Assembly (NCBI GenBank): GCA_934148995.1
Contig: CAKPDM010000001.1
Location: 4,473 to 68,472, forward strand
DNA length: 64,000 bases
Direction: 5' to 3'
Origin: an uncultured Bacilli bacterium
Lineage (GTDB): Bacteria > Bacillota_I > Bacilli_A > RF39 > UBA660
Under the pieces are notes generated by a model, which saw only the letters and a list, made by a program, of their open reading frames with translations, did no database searches and was not told the DNA's origin. The translations under genes were made by a program, and so were the position numbers. Of the stretch, positions 9,827 through 18,980 are shown one piece after another (the first letter of the stretch is position 1; each line of letters begins with the position of its first letter).

Positions 9827-10454
9827 ATACTTCTACTGGTTCTTTCTCCTCCTGTTTTCTAAGACTTAAGAAGTGTTCTACGTCTTCTTTCTTCTTTATG
9901 CCTTTTCTATCCCATTCATAAAGAATTTTATCAATGTAACGAATACTGGATACTCCGTTTAGAGTTGCTTCTTTAACTGCTTCTAAAATGACATCTTTAT
10001 CAAAACTATCAAGCCAAGCTTTAATAAATTCAAGTTCACTAGGACTTAATGTTCTTCCAAATTCTCTTTCTATCTCACCAAATAGATTTTGTGATATTTC
10101 TTTTTTTTCTTTTTCTACTGTATTATTGATAAATAGCGACAAGTATTTCTTATAAAATGGTGTTAAATCCAAGAGTTCTTCTAAGATTCCACTGTCATTT
10201 TTTGTTGTTTCTAGATTTAATAATTTTTTATCTGTAAGATTTGAGATTAATTGGAGAACCCTCATTTTATCAAAACTTGTTTCTTCTTCTATTTCGATAG
10301 GATTGAAGGTGAATTTTTCGCCTTTATCTTTTAAATACATTAAGAAAATGAATTCTTCTGCTGTTATTGAAAATTTATCCATATTTTGAAATAGAAATAA
10401 GGGAATAGTTACTATTTTCTGAGATAGAAAGTGTTGTAATTTATCTTGATTCAT
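9789..10454 (-). CDS. dnaD: DnaD-domain replication initiation/membrane attachment protein
   Basis: 221 aa. DnaD-like C-terminal repeat (LSPSELEFIKAWLD...IDKILYEWDRKG). The conserved Firmicute order dnaD-nth is present. Confidence 0.75.
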   Translation of the reverse strand: MNQDKLQHFLSQKIVTIPLFLFQNMDKFSITAEEFIFLMYLKDKGEKFTFNPIEIEEETSFDKMRVLQLISNLTDKKLLNLETTKNDSGILEELLDLTPFYKKYLSLFINNTVEKEKKEISQNLFGEIEREFGRTLSPSELEFIKAWLDSFDKDVILEAVKEATLNGVSSIRYIDKILYEWDRKGIKKKEDVEHFLSLRKQEEKEPVEVFDYDWFDEDDED

Positions 10455-11559
10455 TGTATTCCTCCTTTAAATATTGCTTACTTATTCTTAATATATCTTC
10501 TTTTTCGTTTGGAATTTTTCTAGTTAAGACTTCTTTTATTATATGTTCATATAAGTCTTTTAAGAAACTTCCTGCCTCATGATTGATACTTTTCAAAATT
10601 TCTTCTGTTGTTACTGCCAGGTCACTCTGTTTATGAATAGCTAAGTTTAGATAGGCTTCATTGATTTCTTTATTTGAATAGTTCATTAATTCTCCTGCTA
10701 CTACTGCTGGATACAAACCACAATTATAAAGAGTTAATGGATTGGTTGGTGATGAGTTTAGGACTTTTCTTATATTTTTCATTAAGTCTTTTTCATTGTT
10801 ACTGAATGGATAAATATCATCTACTTCTAGTTGGGTCCAGATTCCAATTAACTGACTACAAGGTTTTATTTTTGTAAGATTATTTAGATTTAATACTTCA
10901 GCTAGCTCTAACTCTTTTAAAAGATTTATTCCTTTAATAGCATTTGGACTACTAAATATTTTATCTAGTTCTTGTTTTTTTCTTTCCATTGACAAACTAT
11001 CAAGAAGATATTTGTTCTCTATTATAGCATTTTTTTCTAAAGTGCCAATAGTAAAATCTAATGTTGTAGCAAAACGTATGGCTCTTAGTATTCTTAAAAC
11101 GTCATCATTAAAGACTGTTTCTGGACTTTTTATGGTGTGTAGTTCGCGTTTTTCTAAGTCCTTTCTTCCATCTAATGGATCTATTATCTTTTTATCTTTA
11201 TCCATACAAATGGCATTTATTGTAAAGTCTCTTCGTAAGAGGTCTTCTTTTAGATTTTTTATATATATTATTTCTTCTGGATGACGATTATCTTTATAAG
11301 TAAATTCTTTACGAAAAGTAGTTATTTCAAATCTAATTTTGTTAAATGTTATAGTTACAGAGCCATATTCATTGGTTGGAAGACAAGAGTCATTAAAGAT
11401 TTCCATTAATTCTTTAGGTGTAGCAGAGGTGGTAACATCGATATCACTGGATTTTATGCCTAATAAATAGTCTCTTACAAAACCACCAACTAGATATGCT
11501 TCATATCCTTTATCTGTTATTTTAGTTAATAATTTAATTGCGGTATCTAACACTTGCAA
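10441..11559 (-). CDS. cca: CCA-adding tRNA nucleotidyltransferase
   Basis: 372 aa. GYEAYLVGGFVRDYLLG...DIDVTT polymerase-beta nucleotidyltransferase motif. Confidence 0.85.
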   Translation of the reverse strand: MQVLDTAIKLLTKITDKGYEAYLVGGFVRDYLLGIKSSDIDVTTSATPKELMEIFNDSCLPTNEYGSVTITFNKIRFEITTFRKEFTYKDNRHPEEIIYIKNLKEDLLRRDFTINAICMDKDKKIIDPLDGRKDLEKRELHTIKSPETVFNDDVLRILRAIRFATTLDFTIGTLEKNAIIENKYLLDSLSMERKKQELDKIFSSPNAIKGINLLKELELAEVLNLNNLTKIKPCSQLIGIWTQLEVDDIYPFSNNEKDLMKNIRKVLNSSPTNPLTLYNCGLYPAVVAGELMNYSNKEINEAYLNLAIHKQSDLAVTTEEILKSINHEAGSFLKDLYEHIIKEVLTRKIPNEKEDILRISKQYLKEEYNESR

Positions 11560-11649
11560 ATACCCTCCTTATGTAATATATTGTAAATCATTCATATTTT
11601 ACGCCTTTATTATATCATAAGTTATACTTATTTTACAGTAAGTTGACAA

Positions 11650-11672
11650 AAGAAAAAGGACTTCATTGTCCT
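11650..11672 (-). terminator. Intrinsic terminator after the amidase gene
   Basis: Stem AGGAC/GTCCT (11657-11661 / 11668-11672). The minus strand reads AGGACAATGAAGTCCTTTTTC. Confidence 0.5.
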
Positions 11673-13073
11673 CTAGTTTGTTGGAACAATTAGTTCCTGT
11701 CCGATTGTTAATAGATTACTTGATAAGTTGTTTAATGATTTCAAGTTATCTACTGTTGTATTATAATTATTAGCAATTAACCAAAGACTATCCCCTCTTT
11801 TTACTGTATAAGTTGTTGTGTTAGTTGGAGTATTGCTTGGTAATGAAACTGGAATGATTAGTTCTTGACCAATCGTTAACATATTATTGGTTATACCGTT
11901 AGCTTCTTTTAACTGATTAACAGTTACACCATAGTTATTTGCTATACTCCAAAGACTATCACCTTTTTTTACGATATAGGTCGTTTCATATCCTATATTG
12001 TTATCTTCAGATGGAGGAGTTTGATTATTACTAGAAGGTATAACTAGTACTTGACCTATCGTTAGTGTATTACCTGTCAAGTTGTTAGCTTTCTTAAGTT
12101 CATCTACTGTTACATTATTTTTATTAGCAATCAACCAAAGACTATCGCCTCTTTGAACTATATAAGTATTTGTGACTTGATTGTCACTACTTGTAGTAGG
12201 TATTGTTAGCAACTGTCCAGGTGTTAAAGTATCGGTTGTTAAGGAATTTGCTCTTCTTAGGTCTGCTACTGATACGCCTAATTTTCTAGAAATACTATAT
12301 AGTGTATCACCTCTTTGGACTTGATATAAATCACCAGAAACATCACTTTGTGGAATAATTAATTGTTGACCTATAACTAGAGTATCACTAGTTAAGTTAT
12401 TACTATTTTTTAATTCATTTACGGTAATACCAAATCTCTGAGCAATACTATATAGGCTGTCTCCTCTTTTTACTGTATAAGTTGTTGATTCAAAAGGTGG
12501 AGTATATTTTACTCCTAAATATTCAGTAACTGCTTTTACAACTGCTTCGACGTAACTTAACAAATCATTTTGTAATTTCTCTTGGTCTTTAGCATTATCA
12601 ATAAAGCCATATTCAACTAGTAATGATTGCATTGGTGATGTTTCTCTTATGATGTAATAATAATCTTTACTAGGATTCTCTGGTAGACGTCTTTGATAAT
12701 ATTTTCTCATAACTTGACCGGCTTCTCCGATAGATGTAAGAATGTCTTCAGCAAGTTTGGAACTGTTTCGAAGAGCATAAACTACTTCCGCACCTTCGCC
12801 ACCCCCTGCATTTATGTGATTAGATATTAATATTGTATTAGGCTCACCATTAAATGCTTCATTAGCTCTTTTTAATCTATCTGCTCGACTTAAATCTTCA
12901 TCAAAATCTCTAGTAATAACTACTGGAACACCTAATTGTTTAAATCTATCATACATATATAAAGCCGCTTTTAGAGTTAAATCTTTCTCTCTTAGATTAC
13001 CACTGATAGCACCTGGATCACTTCCACCATGTCCAGCATCTACTACCACTCCACCATTTACACGTTCATCCAT
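11673..13073 (-). CDS. N-acetylmuramoyl-L-alanine amidase (Amidase_3) with five LysM repeats
   Basis: VVVDAGHGGSDPGA catalytic start, then five copies of Y-x-V-x-x-GDSL-x-x-IA ... LTIGQ-x-L-x-IP. Confidence 0.88.
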   Translation of the reverse strand: MDERVNGGVVVDAGHGGSDPGAISGNLREKDLTLKAALYMYDRFKQLGVPVVITRDFDEDLSRADRLKRANEAFNGEPNTILISNHINAGGGEGAEVVYALRNSSKLAEDILTSIGEAGQVMRKYYQRRLPENPSKDYYYIIRETSPMQSLLVEYGFIDNAKDQEKLQNDLLSYVEAVVKAVTEYLGVKYTPPFESTTYTVKRGDSLYSIAQRFGITVNELKNSNNLTSDTLVIGQQLIIPQSDVSGDLYQVQRGDTLYSISRKLGVSVADLRRANSLTTDTLTPGQLLTIPTTSSDNQVTNTYIVQRGDSLWLIANKNNVTVDELKKANNLTGNTLTIGQVLVIPSSNNQTPPSEDNNIGYETTYIVKKGDSLWSIANNYGVTVNQLKEANGITNNMLTIGQELIIPVSLPSNTPTNTTTYTVKRGDSLWLIANNYNTTVDNLKSLNNLSSNLLTIGQELIVPTN

Positions 13074-13146
13074 ATTTTCACCTCACTATAAAATATGAAT
13101 AAACTAGTAATTTGACACAATATCTAAGTGTTTTTATTCAACATAC
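12785..13146. repeat. Direct repeat copy 1: intact amidase 5' end plus promoter region
   Basis: By eye about 80% identical to 17290-17609. Shared strings include GCATTTAT(G/A)TGATTAGATATTAATATTGTATTAG and TAATTTGACACAATATCTAAGT. Confidence 0.8.
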
Positions 13147-13338
13147 TATCTATATTAAATAACATAGTAGCAATGTCAGAAAAAGTAAAATTATTATTTA
13201 TCTAATTTTTTGGTGTCTTGATTCATAAAACCAGCTCATTATATATTAATTTCTAGTACTACTAACTTTTAAGAAATAAATTTTATTAGTCAACCACTTT
13301 GTGGTTGTTTTCTTTTGTGATAAACTATTTACCATGAT

Positions 13339-14510
13339 GTGATTATGATTTTATGTATTAAAATAGATAGTAATTTTATTGAATACAAAGATAGAGTTGA
13401 AAATAGAAAAGTTACTTTTACTATTAAAGAAATTTTTCAAGATTGGTGGACTAACTTTTTAAAAACTTATCCTAATCTTACTATTAGAGATGGTGTATTT
13501 TCAAATGTTGAAAGAATGTTAAAATGTCAATCTTGGGGGTTAGGTTATACAATTTATAAATGTCCTAAATGTGGTGAAGAAAAATCGTTCCACATACTTG
13601 TAAGTCTAGAAAGTGTTCTTCCTGTGGTAATAAATATAGCAAACAACGTTCAACTTCTATTTTCTCTAAATTATTTAGATGTAAACATAAACATGTTGTT
13701 TTTACTATTCCAGATGAACTAAGAATTTACTTTAGACAAGATAGAAAAAGATTTAATCTGCTTTTTAAGGCTACTTCTATAACTGTCAATTGCTGATTCA
13801 AACAAAAATATAAGAAAAAAGAATTGATTCCTGCTTATATTTGCATTCTTCATACTTTTGGTAGAAGTCTTATTTTTAATCCTCATATGCATATGATTTT
13901 AATGGGTGATGGTATTTCTAATAAGTCAAAAGAATTTGTTAAGGTTAATTTTCTTTCTTACCCTTCTTTTAGAAAAAGATTTATGAAAGTCTTATTAGAT
14001 TTACTTGAAGATGATATTGGTAAAGCAAAATTTAGAAAAGTTAAAAATGCTATGTATTTCAAGTACAAAGAGAGATTCTATGTTTATGCTCCTCCATCTA
14101 AATATAAATCTTATGTTGATTTAGTTAAAGATGTCTGTAGATATGTTGCTAGGTCTGTTATGGCTGAATCTAGAATTACTGATTATGACAGTACCTTTGT
14201 TACTTTTTGGTACCAAAGACGTAATGATTATTTAATTATCATCGAAAAAATTCATGCCTATGAGTTTATTGTTAGATTAATCGTTCACATACCTGATTAC
14301 AATTTTAAACAGATTAGACTTTATGGTGCTTATCATAATTTCACTAAAATTACTATTGATGTACAAAAGCTAGTTTCCAAGAAAAAATCTGATTATCAGA
14401 AAAAATTAAATAACTGGAGGTCTATTATTATCATTAATTTTGAAGTTAATCAAATCAATTGTCCAATTTGTAACAATACAATAATATATTATAGAAGTGT
14501 TTACACTTAG
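13339..14510 (+). pseudogene. IS91-family (Y2, rolling-circle) transposase, disrupted
   Basis: N-terminal Zn-binding block YKCPKCGEEKSF. After a -1 frame change near 13589 it continues as PHTCKSRKCSSCGNKYSKQRS...HVVFTIPDELR. There is an in-frame TGA at 13794-13796, then ...ILHTFGRSLIFNPHMHMI ... RLYGAY. Confidence 0.75.
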
Positions 14511-14774
14511 TGGAGGTATATCTGGAATATAGAAGAAAAAGAAATTAAAAGACTTTTAAATGAAGCTCAAGACTATTTTAGAAAAGATGAAAAAATTTAC
14601 ATTTTCAAATGTAAAAAATGTCACAAATTGGATTCAGTTACAAGTTTTGTCATAAATGAACAAATGGAATTTTTAAAATTTATAAAGAAGGAAAGTACTT
14701 CCGAAATAGATTGTCCTTATTGTGGTGGTACTATGTTACCTCTTGATTTAAAAAAATTGAAGTTTTTGATTTAA
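14511..14774 (+). CDS. Zn-ribbon open frame continuing in frame past the transposase TAG; no canonical start
   Basis: 87 sense codons directly after the TAG at 14508, in the same frame. CxxC ... CxxC (FKCKKCH / DCPYCGG). GGAGG at 14512-14516, but no ATG/GTG/TTG at usable spacing. Confidence 0.25.
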   Translation, partial: WRYIWNIEEKEIKRLLNEAQDYFRKDEKIYIFKCKKCHKLDSVTSFVINEQMEFLKFIKKESTSEIDCPYCGGTMLPLDLKKLKFLI

Positions 14775-14900
14775 TCTTTTTCATGTGGGCTTAATTTTAT
14801 TAGATCCATTTTTATTCAATAACAATCCAAACGCACTTTCCTTATATATAAAAAGAGACTGTTAAGAAAATTAATTACTTAATTTCTCGACAGTCCCCTT

Positions 14901-15236
14901 TTACTGACTACTTATAAAATGACTATAAACAATTGTAGTAATAAAACCAACTATAACAAAACTACAACATAAAACTGATATTATTATATGACTAATAATA
15001 AATTTAGTAATTTCTATAGCTGTACAATAAGCAAACCAAAGTAAGAAGAAAGTTACAAATCTGATTATCCAGTGCAATATAGAACCAACTTCTCCAAATA
15101 AACCAATATCCCCAACTATTCTGAAAGCTACCTTGAATGCAATAATTCCTATTAATCCCATAATAATAGCATTTACAAAATAATTATCTGATATAGTTAA
15201 AGGAGAAGTTAGTAATTCAAAAACCATCTTTTTCAA
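14901..15236 (-). CDS. Small integral membrane protein (about 3 TM)
   Basis: 111 aa, three long hydrophobic segments. GAAAGGAGAAC Shine-Dalgarno upstream. Confidence 0.55.
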   Translation of the reverse strand: MKKMVFELLTSPLTISDNYFVNAIIMGLIGIIAFKVAFRIVGDIGLFGEVGSILHWIIRFVTFFLLWFAYCTAIEITKFIISHIIISVLCCSFVIVGFITTIVYSHFISSQ

Positions 15237-15265
15237 CTACGTTCTCCTTTCACAAACTATATATG

Positions 15266-15487
15266 TTATCTTGTATGAGCAGCTGGACAACAATATGCGC
15301 ATCCATCAATCTTAAAAGTTGGATGCTTCATTCTTGCATATCTAACGGCTTCTATCTCATTACTAAATGCTCCTAACAATTCAAAATTGTAACCTGATTT
15401 AAACATATAGTAATAGTAGCATGACTCTTTATGTACTTCATGATCACCATTAGATTGAGCATTAAGGTTTAAATAATAATTTGACAT
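15266..15487 (-). CDS. Small Cys-rich protein, unknown function
   Basis: 73 aa. NAQSNGDHEVHKESC ... DGCAYCCPAAHT. GAGAGGAG Shine-Dalgarno upstream. Confidence 0.55.
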   Translation of the reverse strand: MSNYYLNLNAQSNGDHEVHKESCYYYYMFKSGYNFELLGAFSNEIEAVRYARMKHPTFKIDGCAYCCPAAHTR

Positions 15488-15517
15488 TTATTTTACTCCT
15501 CTCTCGAGGCATTTCTT

Positions 15518-15570
15518 TTGCATCTTTTTAAAACTTGTGATACAATATTGTTGGATGATAAATATTGTAT
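15518..15570 (+). promoter_or_regulatory. Plus-strand promoter (TTGCAT-17-TGaTACAAT) overlapping an inverted-repeat operator
   Basis: -35 TTGCAT at 15518-15523; extended -10 TGATACAAT at 15538-15546; inverted repeat ATACAATATT (15540-15549) / AATATTGTAT (15561-15570). Confidence 0.45.
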
Positions 15571-15603
15571 TTGTTTACGGGGTGTGCAAACGCCTCTTTT
15601 TTT
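15553..15603 (+). ncRNA. Candidate ~50-nt small RNA (promoter plus terminator, no ORF)
   Basis: Runs from the predicted TSS to the terminator GGGGUG-UGCAAA-CGCCUC (15579-15596) plus U7. It lies antisense to the intergenic/5' region between the ImmA gene and the 73-aa gene. Confidence 0.25.
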
Positions 15604-15632
15604 GGCCTTACGTCAACCAAACTGCCAATCAT

Positions 15633-16382
15633 TTAATTCAAATATCCTAAATCAATTAATCTATTTTTCATCATTTCGTTAGAAACATCATAAGTACTAC
15701 TTAACTTGTGAATCAAATCATTTAAAGAATTTGTATCTAATTTATTCAAAATAGCATCTTGACTCATAATATCGTTATTTTCTAAATATGAAGATAATTC
15801 TTTCTTCAGTGAGGTTTTAGGTATTAAAATACTAGAGGAAAAATAGTTTGCTTGCCACTCTTGCCAATCTTCCTTAGTAATTAATTTTTTCTTTGAATTA
15901 CCACCAATAGAATTTCTATTACATATAACTGCTACTTGTTCATTTTCACTAGCATCAAACAACGACAGTTGTCTTCTATCAATGTGAAACAAACTATACT
16001 GAGTGACGTAATGACCCAATTCATGTCCATATGTAAATGCAAGTCTTCTATCTTCATTTTCTGCTATTGTGGAATCAATGATAATCGTCTTTTCATTAAA
16101 TAAATACTTTTCTGGATTGTCATTGTCGTACACATCTAAATAGCCTTTATTAAAGACAAAGGCACCCAATATTTCACAACTAGCAGATATTTTCTTGTAT
16201 TCAATACTCAAACCAATGGTTTCTATTAAATCTTCAATTGGTGTGGGTTGTGCATTATATAAACAATCACCAAAATATCGATTTAGAAGATATTCAGCTT
16301 CATTTTCAATATCTTGCTTGCTTAAAATTAGCAAGCCATTTTTACCTTTCCTATAATTATTTACCATACTTATCACCTTCAC
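15633..16382 (-). CDS. ImmA/IrrE-family zinc metallopeptidase
   Basis: 249 aa. HEXXH motif (FTYGHELGHYV) in a DUF955-like context. Translationally coupled to the upstream XRE gene. Confidence 0.75.
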   Translation of the reverse strand: MKVISMVNNYRKGKNGLLILSKQDIENEAEYLLNRYFGDCLYNAQPTPIEDLIETIGLSIEYKKISASCEILGAFVFNKGYLDVYDNDNPEKYLFNEKTIIIDSTIAENEDRRLAFTYGHELGHYVTQYSLFHIDRRQLSLFDASENEQVAVICNRNSIGGNSKKKLITKEDWQEWQANYFSSSILIPKTSLKKELSSYLENNDIMSQDAILNKLDTNSLNDLIHKLSSTYDVSNEMMKNRLIDLGYLN

Positions 16383-16765
16383 TATTTATTATCCATATTT
16401 CTAATTATCCTTTCCCAATCTGCATCTGTTAAATTTGTTTCTTTAGCTTTTCTTAAAGCTACACTAGCTAATGGAGTCGTTCCCATATAACTTGTAATAT
16501 CATTTGATATGTGCCCATGATCAACCAAATCTCTATCTGCCAACATAACAAGCTGTTCCTTTTCACCATCATTCAACTTTAAATAAGCAGCTATATCCTC
16601 AATAAGATTTTTATATTTATCATCCTTTGAATTAGGGGCCATTTTATGCCCTGATTCAATATCAGATAGATAGGAAACTGATATTGCAAGATCTTTTGCC
16701 ATTTTTCTAAGTGTTATATTTTTTTCTATCCTCTTTCCCCTTAAATATTCACTAAATTCACTCAT
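16382..16765 (-). CDS. XRE-family HTH transcriptional regulator
   Basis: ITLRKMAKDLAISVSYLSDIESG helix-turn-helix. The likely start MSEFSEY at 16765 follows GAAAGGAAG; the ORF track extends to 16807. Confidence 0.8.
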   Translation of the reverse strand: MSEFSEYLRGKRIEKNITLRKMAKDLAISVSYLSDIESGHKMAPNSKDDKYKNLIEDIAAYLKLNDGEKEQLVMLADRDLVDHGHISNDITSYMGTTPLASVALRKAKETNLTDADWERIIRNMDNK

Positions 16766-16785
16766 AGCAATCTTCCTTTCGTAGT

Positions 16786-16847
16786 GTTCTCGCAAACGAT
16801 AACACACTCGCTAAGAACATGTTATCACTCGTGAGAACATTTGTCAA
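16786..16847 (-). promoter_or_regulatory. XRE promoter with overlapping inverted-repeat operators
   Basis: Minus strand TTGACA (16847-16842) - 17 nt - TAACAT (16824-16819). Inverted repeat GTTCTCGC..GATAACA (16786-16804) / TGTTATC..GAGAAC (16820-16838). Confidence 0.5.
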
Positions 16848-17289
16848 GTTTGTTTGCAAAAAAAAATATGAGAATGTGAAAAATTAATGATTATGTTACG
16901 TACGAGATACAAATTATCTATTTACAACAGGAATCCAATTATAAATAGATAATTATAAATAAAATTGAATGTAACATTTTCACTAATTATTCATATTTAC
17001 AACTTAAACTTAACATCGCAAAAGCAATATATTTTATTGCACCGTTTACAAATAATTCCTATAAAATCCAGTCCTTTTACCTTGAACCTGTCACCTTTCA
17101 ATATTACTATGTCAGAGCTTTTACATACAGGACAATTAACATGTTCTCTATATTAAATACTCTGACTAAGCATTTTACTAAGTATTTCGTAACCATTTCT
17201 CTTATGAATATTAAGTTTATTGATATATTTTTCATCAACAGCTATACCTCATAAGTAGCATTATCTTTGACTGATTTCTTTAACCACCA

Positions 17290-17609
17290 TCTACAGAAAC
17301 CTTGTCGCATCTCTCGCATTTATATGATTAGATATTAATATTGTATTAGAATCACCATTAAAAGCTTCATTAGCTCTTTTTATTTTATCTATTCTACTTA
17401 ATTCAGTAAAGTTTCTAGTAATAACTGTTAGAATACCTAATTGTTTAGTTCTATCCTACCATACATATATAAAAGACAAGTTTCAGAATGAAATTTTTCT
17501 CACTTAGATTACAACTGATAGCATTATAGTCATTTCTACCATGTTAGATTTTCACCTCTGCTATAGCCAGTAATTTGACACAATATCTAAGTATTTTTGT
17601 TAAACATAC
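17290..17609 (-). pseudogene. Decayed duplicate of the amidase 5' end and promoter (direct repeat copy 2)
   Basis: Aligns to 12785-13146 with many substitutions and a ~45-nt deletion that removes the start-codon region. Confidence 0.8.
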
Positions 17610-17644
17610 CAATTTAAAGCATAAAATATATTGAGGAGCTAAAT

Positions 17645-17908
17645 ATGACTATAATAAATGACACTACAGTTGTTGTTTTTTCAAGTGAAGAATTAAAAAC
17701 AGTTCTTGAAAGTAATAACTCTTATACCTATATTTACTTTGGAAGTAATATTTCTTTAAAAAGTGATATTAAAATTGCTAGTACTAAAGCAAATATCATA
17801 ATTGATGGAACTTATAATGGTGTTACTTATAACTTTGAAGATATGAAAACTCTAAATACTGGTGATGTAAATATTTCTGCCGTACTATTTGTTACTGTTA
17901 TTGTATAA
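17645..17908 (+). pseudogene. 5' fragment of a large surface (beta-helix-like) protein gene, truncated
   Basis: Good Shine-Dalgarno (GAGGAG). The N-terminus TIINDTTVVVFSSEELKTVLESNNSYTYIYFGSNISL...IIIDGTYNG is typical of long surface proteins. The frame dies after 87 codons, where it abuts an opposite-strand fragment. Confidence 0.45.
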
Positions 17909-18056
17909 GTTAAAACTCCGTCAGCCAAAACCATTTTATCAGCAGTTTTAGTTACTTTTAAACCATCTAGCATTGTTACGTATCAGATGTAATAGAAAGT
18001 GGCACTTCATTGTAACTTCCTGCTACACTAACTGTATTAGTTAATTGAGTTTCCAT
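17880..18056 (-). pseudogene. 5' fragment of a DUF11-type repeat surface protein gene, frameshifted and truncated
   Basis: GGGAGG Shine-Dalgarno plus ATG at 18056. A 26-codon frame ends in TAA. A shifted frame then reads LKVTKTADKMVLADGVLTYTITVTNST, the DUF11 repeat signature. Confidence 0.45.
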
Positions 18057-18105
18057 ATACTATATACCTCCCATTTGATAGTATGATATTAAATAAAAAA
18101 TATAA

Positions 18106-18885
18106 TTAATACGTCCTAAACGACCAAAGATTTTTAATCTGTGATTCAATTTCTTCATAACTCCAAAGCTTACCACTTCTTTCTCTACTATTTGGGTCAT
18201 TCACTATTAATTTACCATTTTTTATTCCTGCTAAAACTATTAAATGACCAGTAGTTGTAAAATCACCCTTACGCATACTGCATATTATCGGATGACCAAG
18301 TTCTAGTTCTTTAAAGATTTTAGCTTTAATCAAAGGTAATTCTTTTCCTACTATTCCATAGTTTCTTACTCCTTCTGTAAAAAAGTTCCATCTTGTTCCA
18401 TTCTTATAATAACCATTTTCGTATGCGTAACTTGCTACATCATAAGGTGTTATAATATTTCTTCCAGTCAGACTAGCTATTACCATTGCAACAGAAGTAG
18501 GTCCACAGCCGTTAATTGCTAACACCTCATCACCATACATTCCGTAACCCCACCTTTCATCATATTGAAAAAGAAGTGGAACAGTATTTCTCTCTATTTT
18601 ACCAATATCATTAGCAAAAACTTTTCCCTTATTTTCTTTATATTTATAAACATAATCTAACATATCATTATTTCTCGATAACATTTCTAATAATTCTTCT
18701 GGATAACTGTCTTTATCGTTATAAATCTTATCTAATTTTTCCTTATCCGTAATAGATTTTTCTTCTGTTGCTGAGTTATCAATTGCATTTTTATTTATTT
18801 CTCTTGTAGTATTTTGATAATTGATATTAGCTAATACTAAAAGACCAATTACTACAAAAACAATTTTTCTAATAAAACTTTTCAT
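18106..18885 (-). CDS. Secreted C39-like (papain-fold) cysteine peptidase domain protein
   Basis: 259 aa. N-terminal signal/TM, GCGPTSVAMVIASL catalytic-Cys block, and a later GH pair (TTGHLIVL). Confidence 0.65.
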   Translation of the reverse strand: MKSFIRKIVFVVIGLLVLANINYQNTTREINKNAIDNSATEEKSITDKEKLDKIYNDKDSYPEELLEMLSRNNDMLDYVYKYKENKGKVFANDIGKIERNTVPLLFQYDERWGYGMYGDEVLAINGCGPTSVAMVIASLTGRNIITPYDVASYAYENGYYKNGTRWNFFTEGVRNYGIVGKELPLIKAKIFKELELGHPIICSMRKGDFTTTGHLIVLAGIKNGKLIVNDPNSRERSGKLWSYEEIESQIKNLWSFRTY

Positions 18886-18980
18886 ATTCTCTCCCTCTAA
18901 AACTAATACTTCTAAACTATATCAGTTTAAGAAAGAGTCTTTTTTAATTTTTCCTTAGAGAATTCTTAAGTTTTTCTTAA

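Larger units (their letters stand above)
13147..17289. mobile_element. Decayed inserted island (IS91-like transposase, XRE/ImmA module, small genes) bounded by the amidase 5' direct repeats
   Basis: The content is mobile-element-like and lies exactly between the two diverged amidase 5' copies. No intact recombinase is present. Confidence 0.55.

Noticed and set aside
16965-17156. 63-aa plus-strand ORF in the island remnant
   Set aside because: It has no Shine-Dalgarno and a low-complexity translation, and it lies in a region of obvious decay next to the pseudo-amidase copy.
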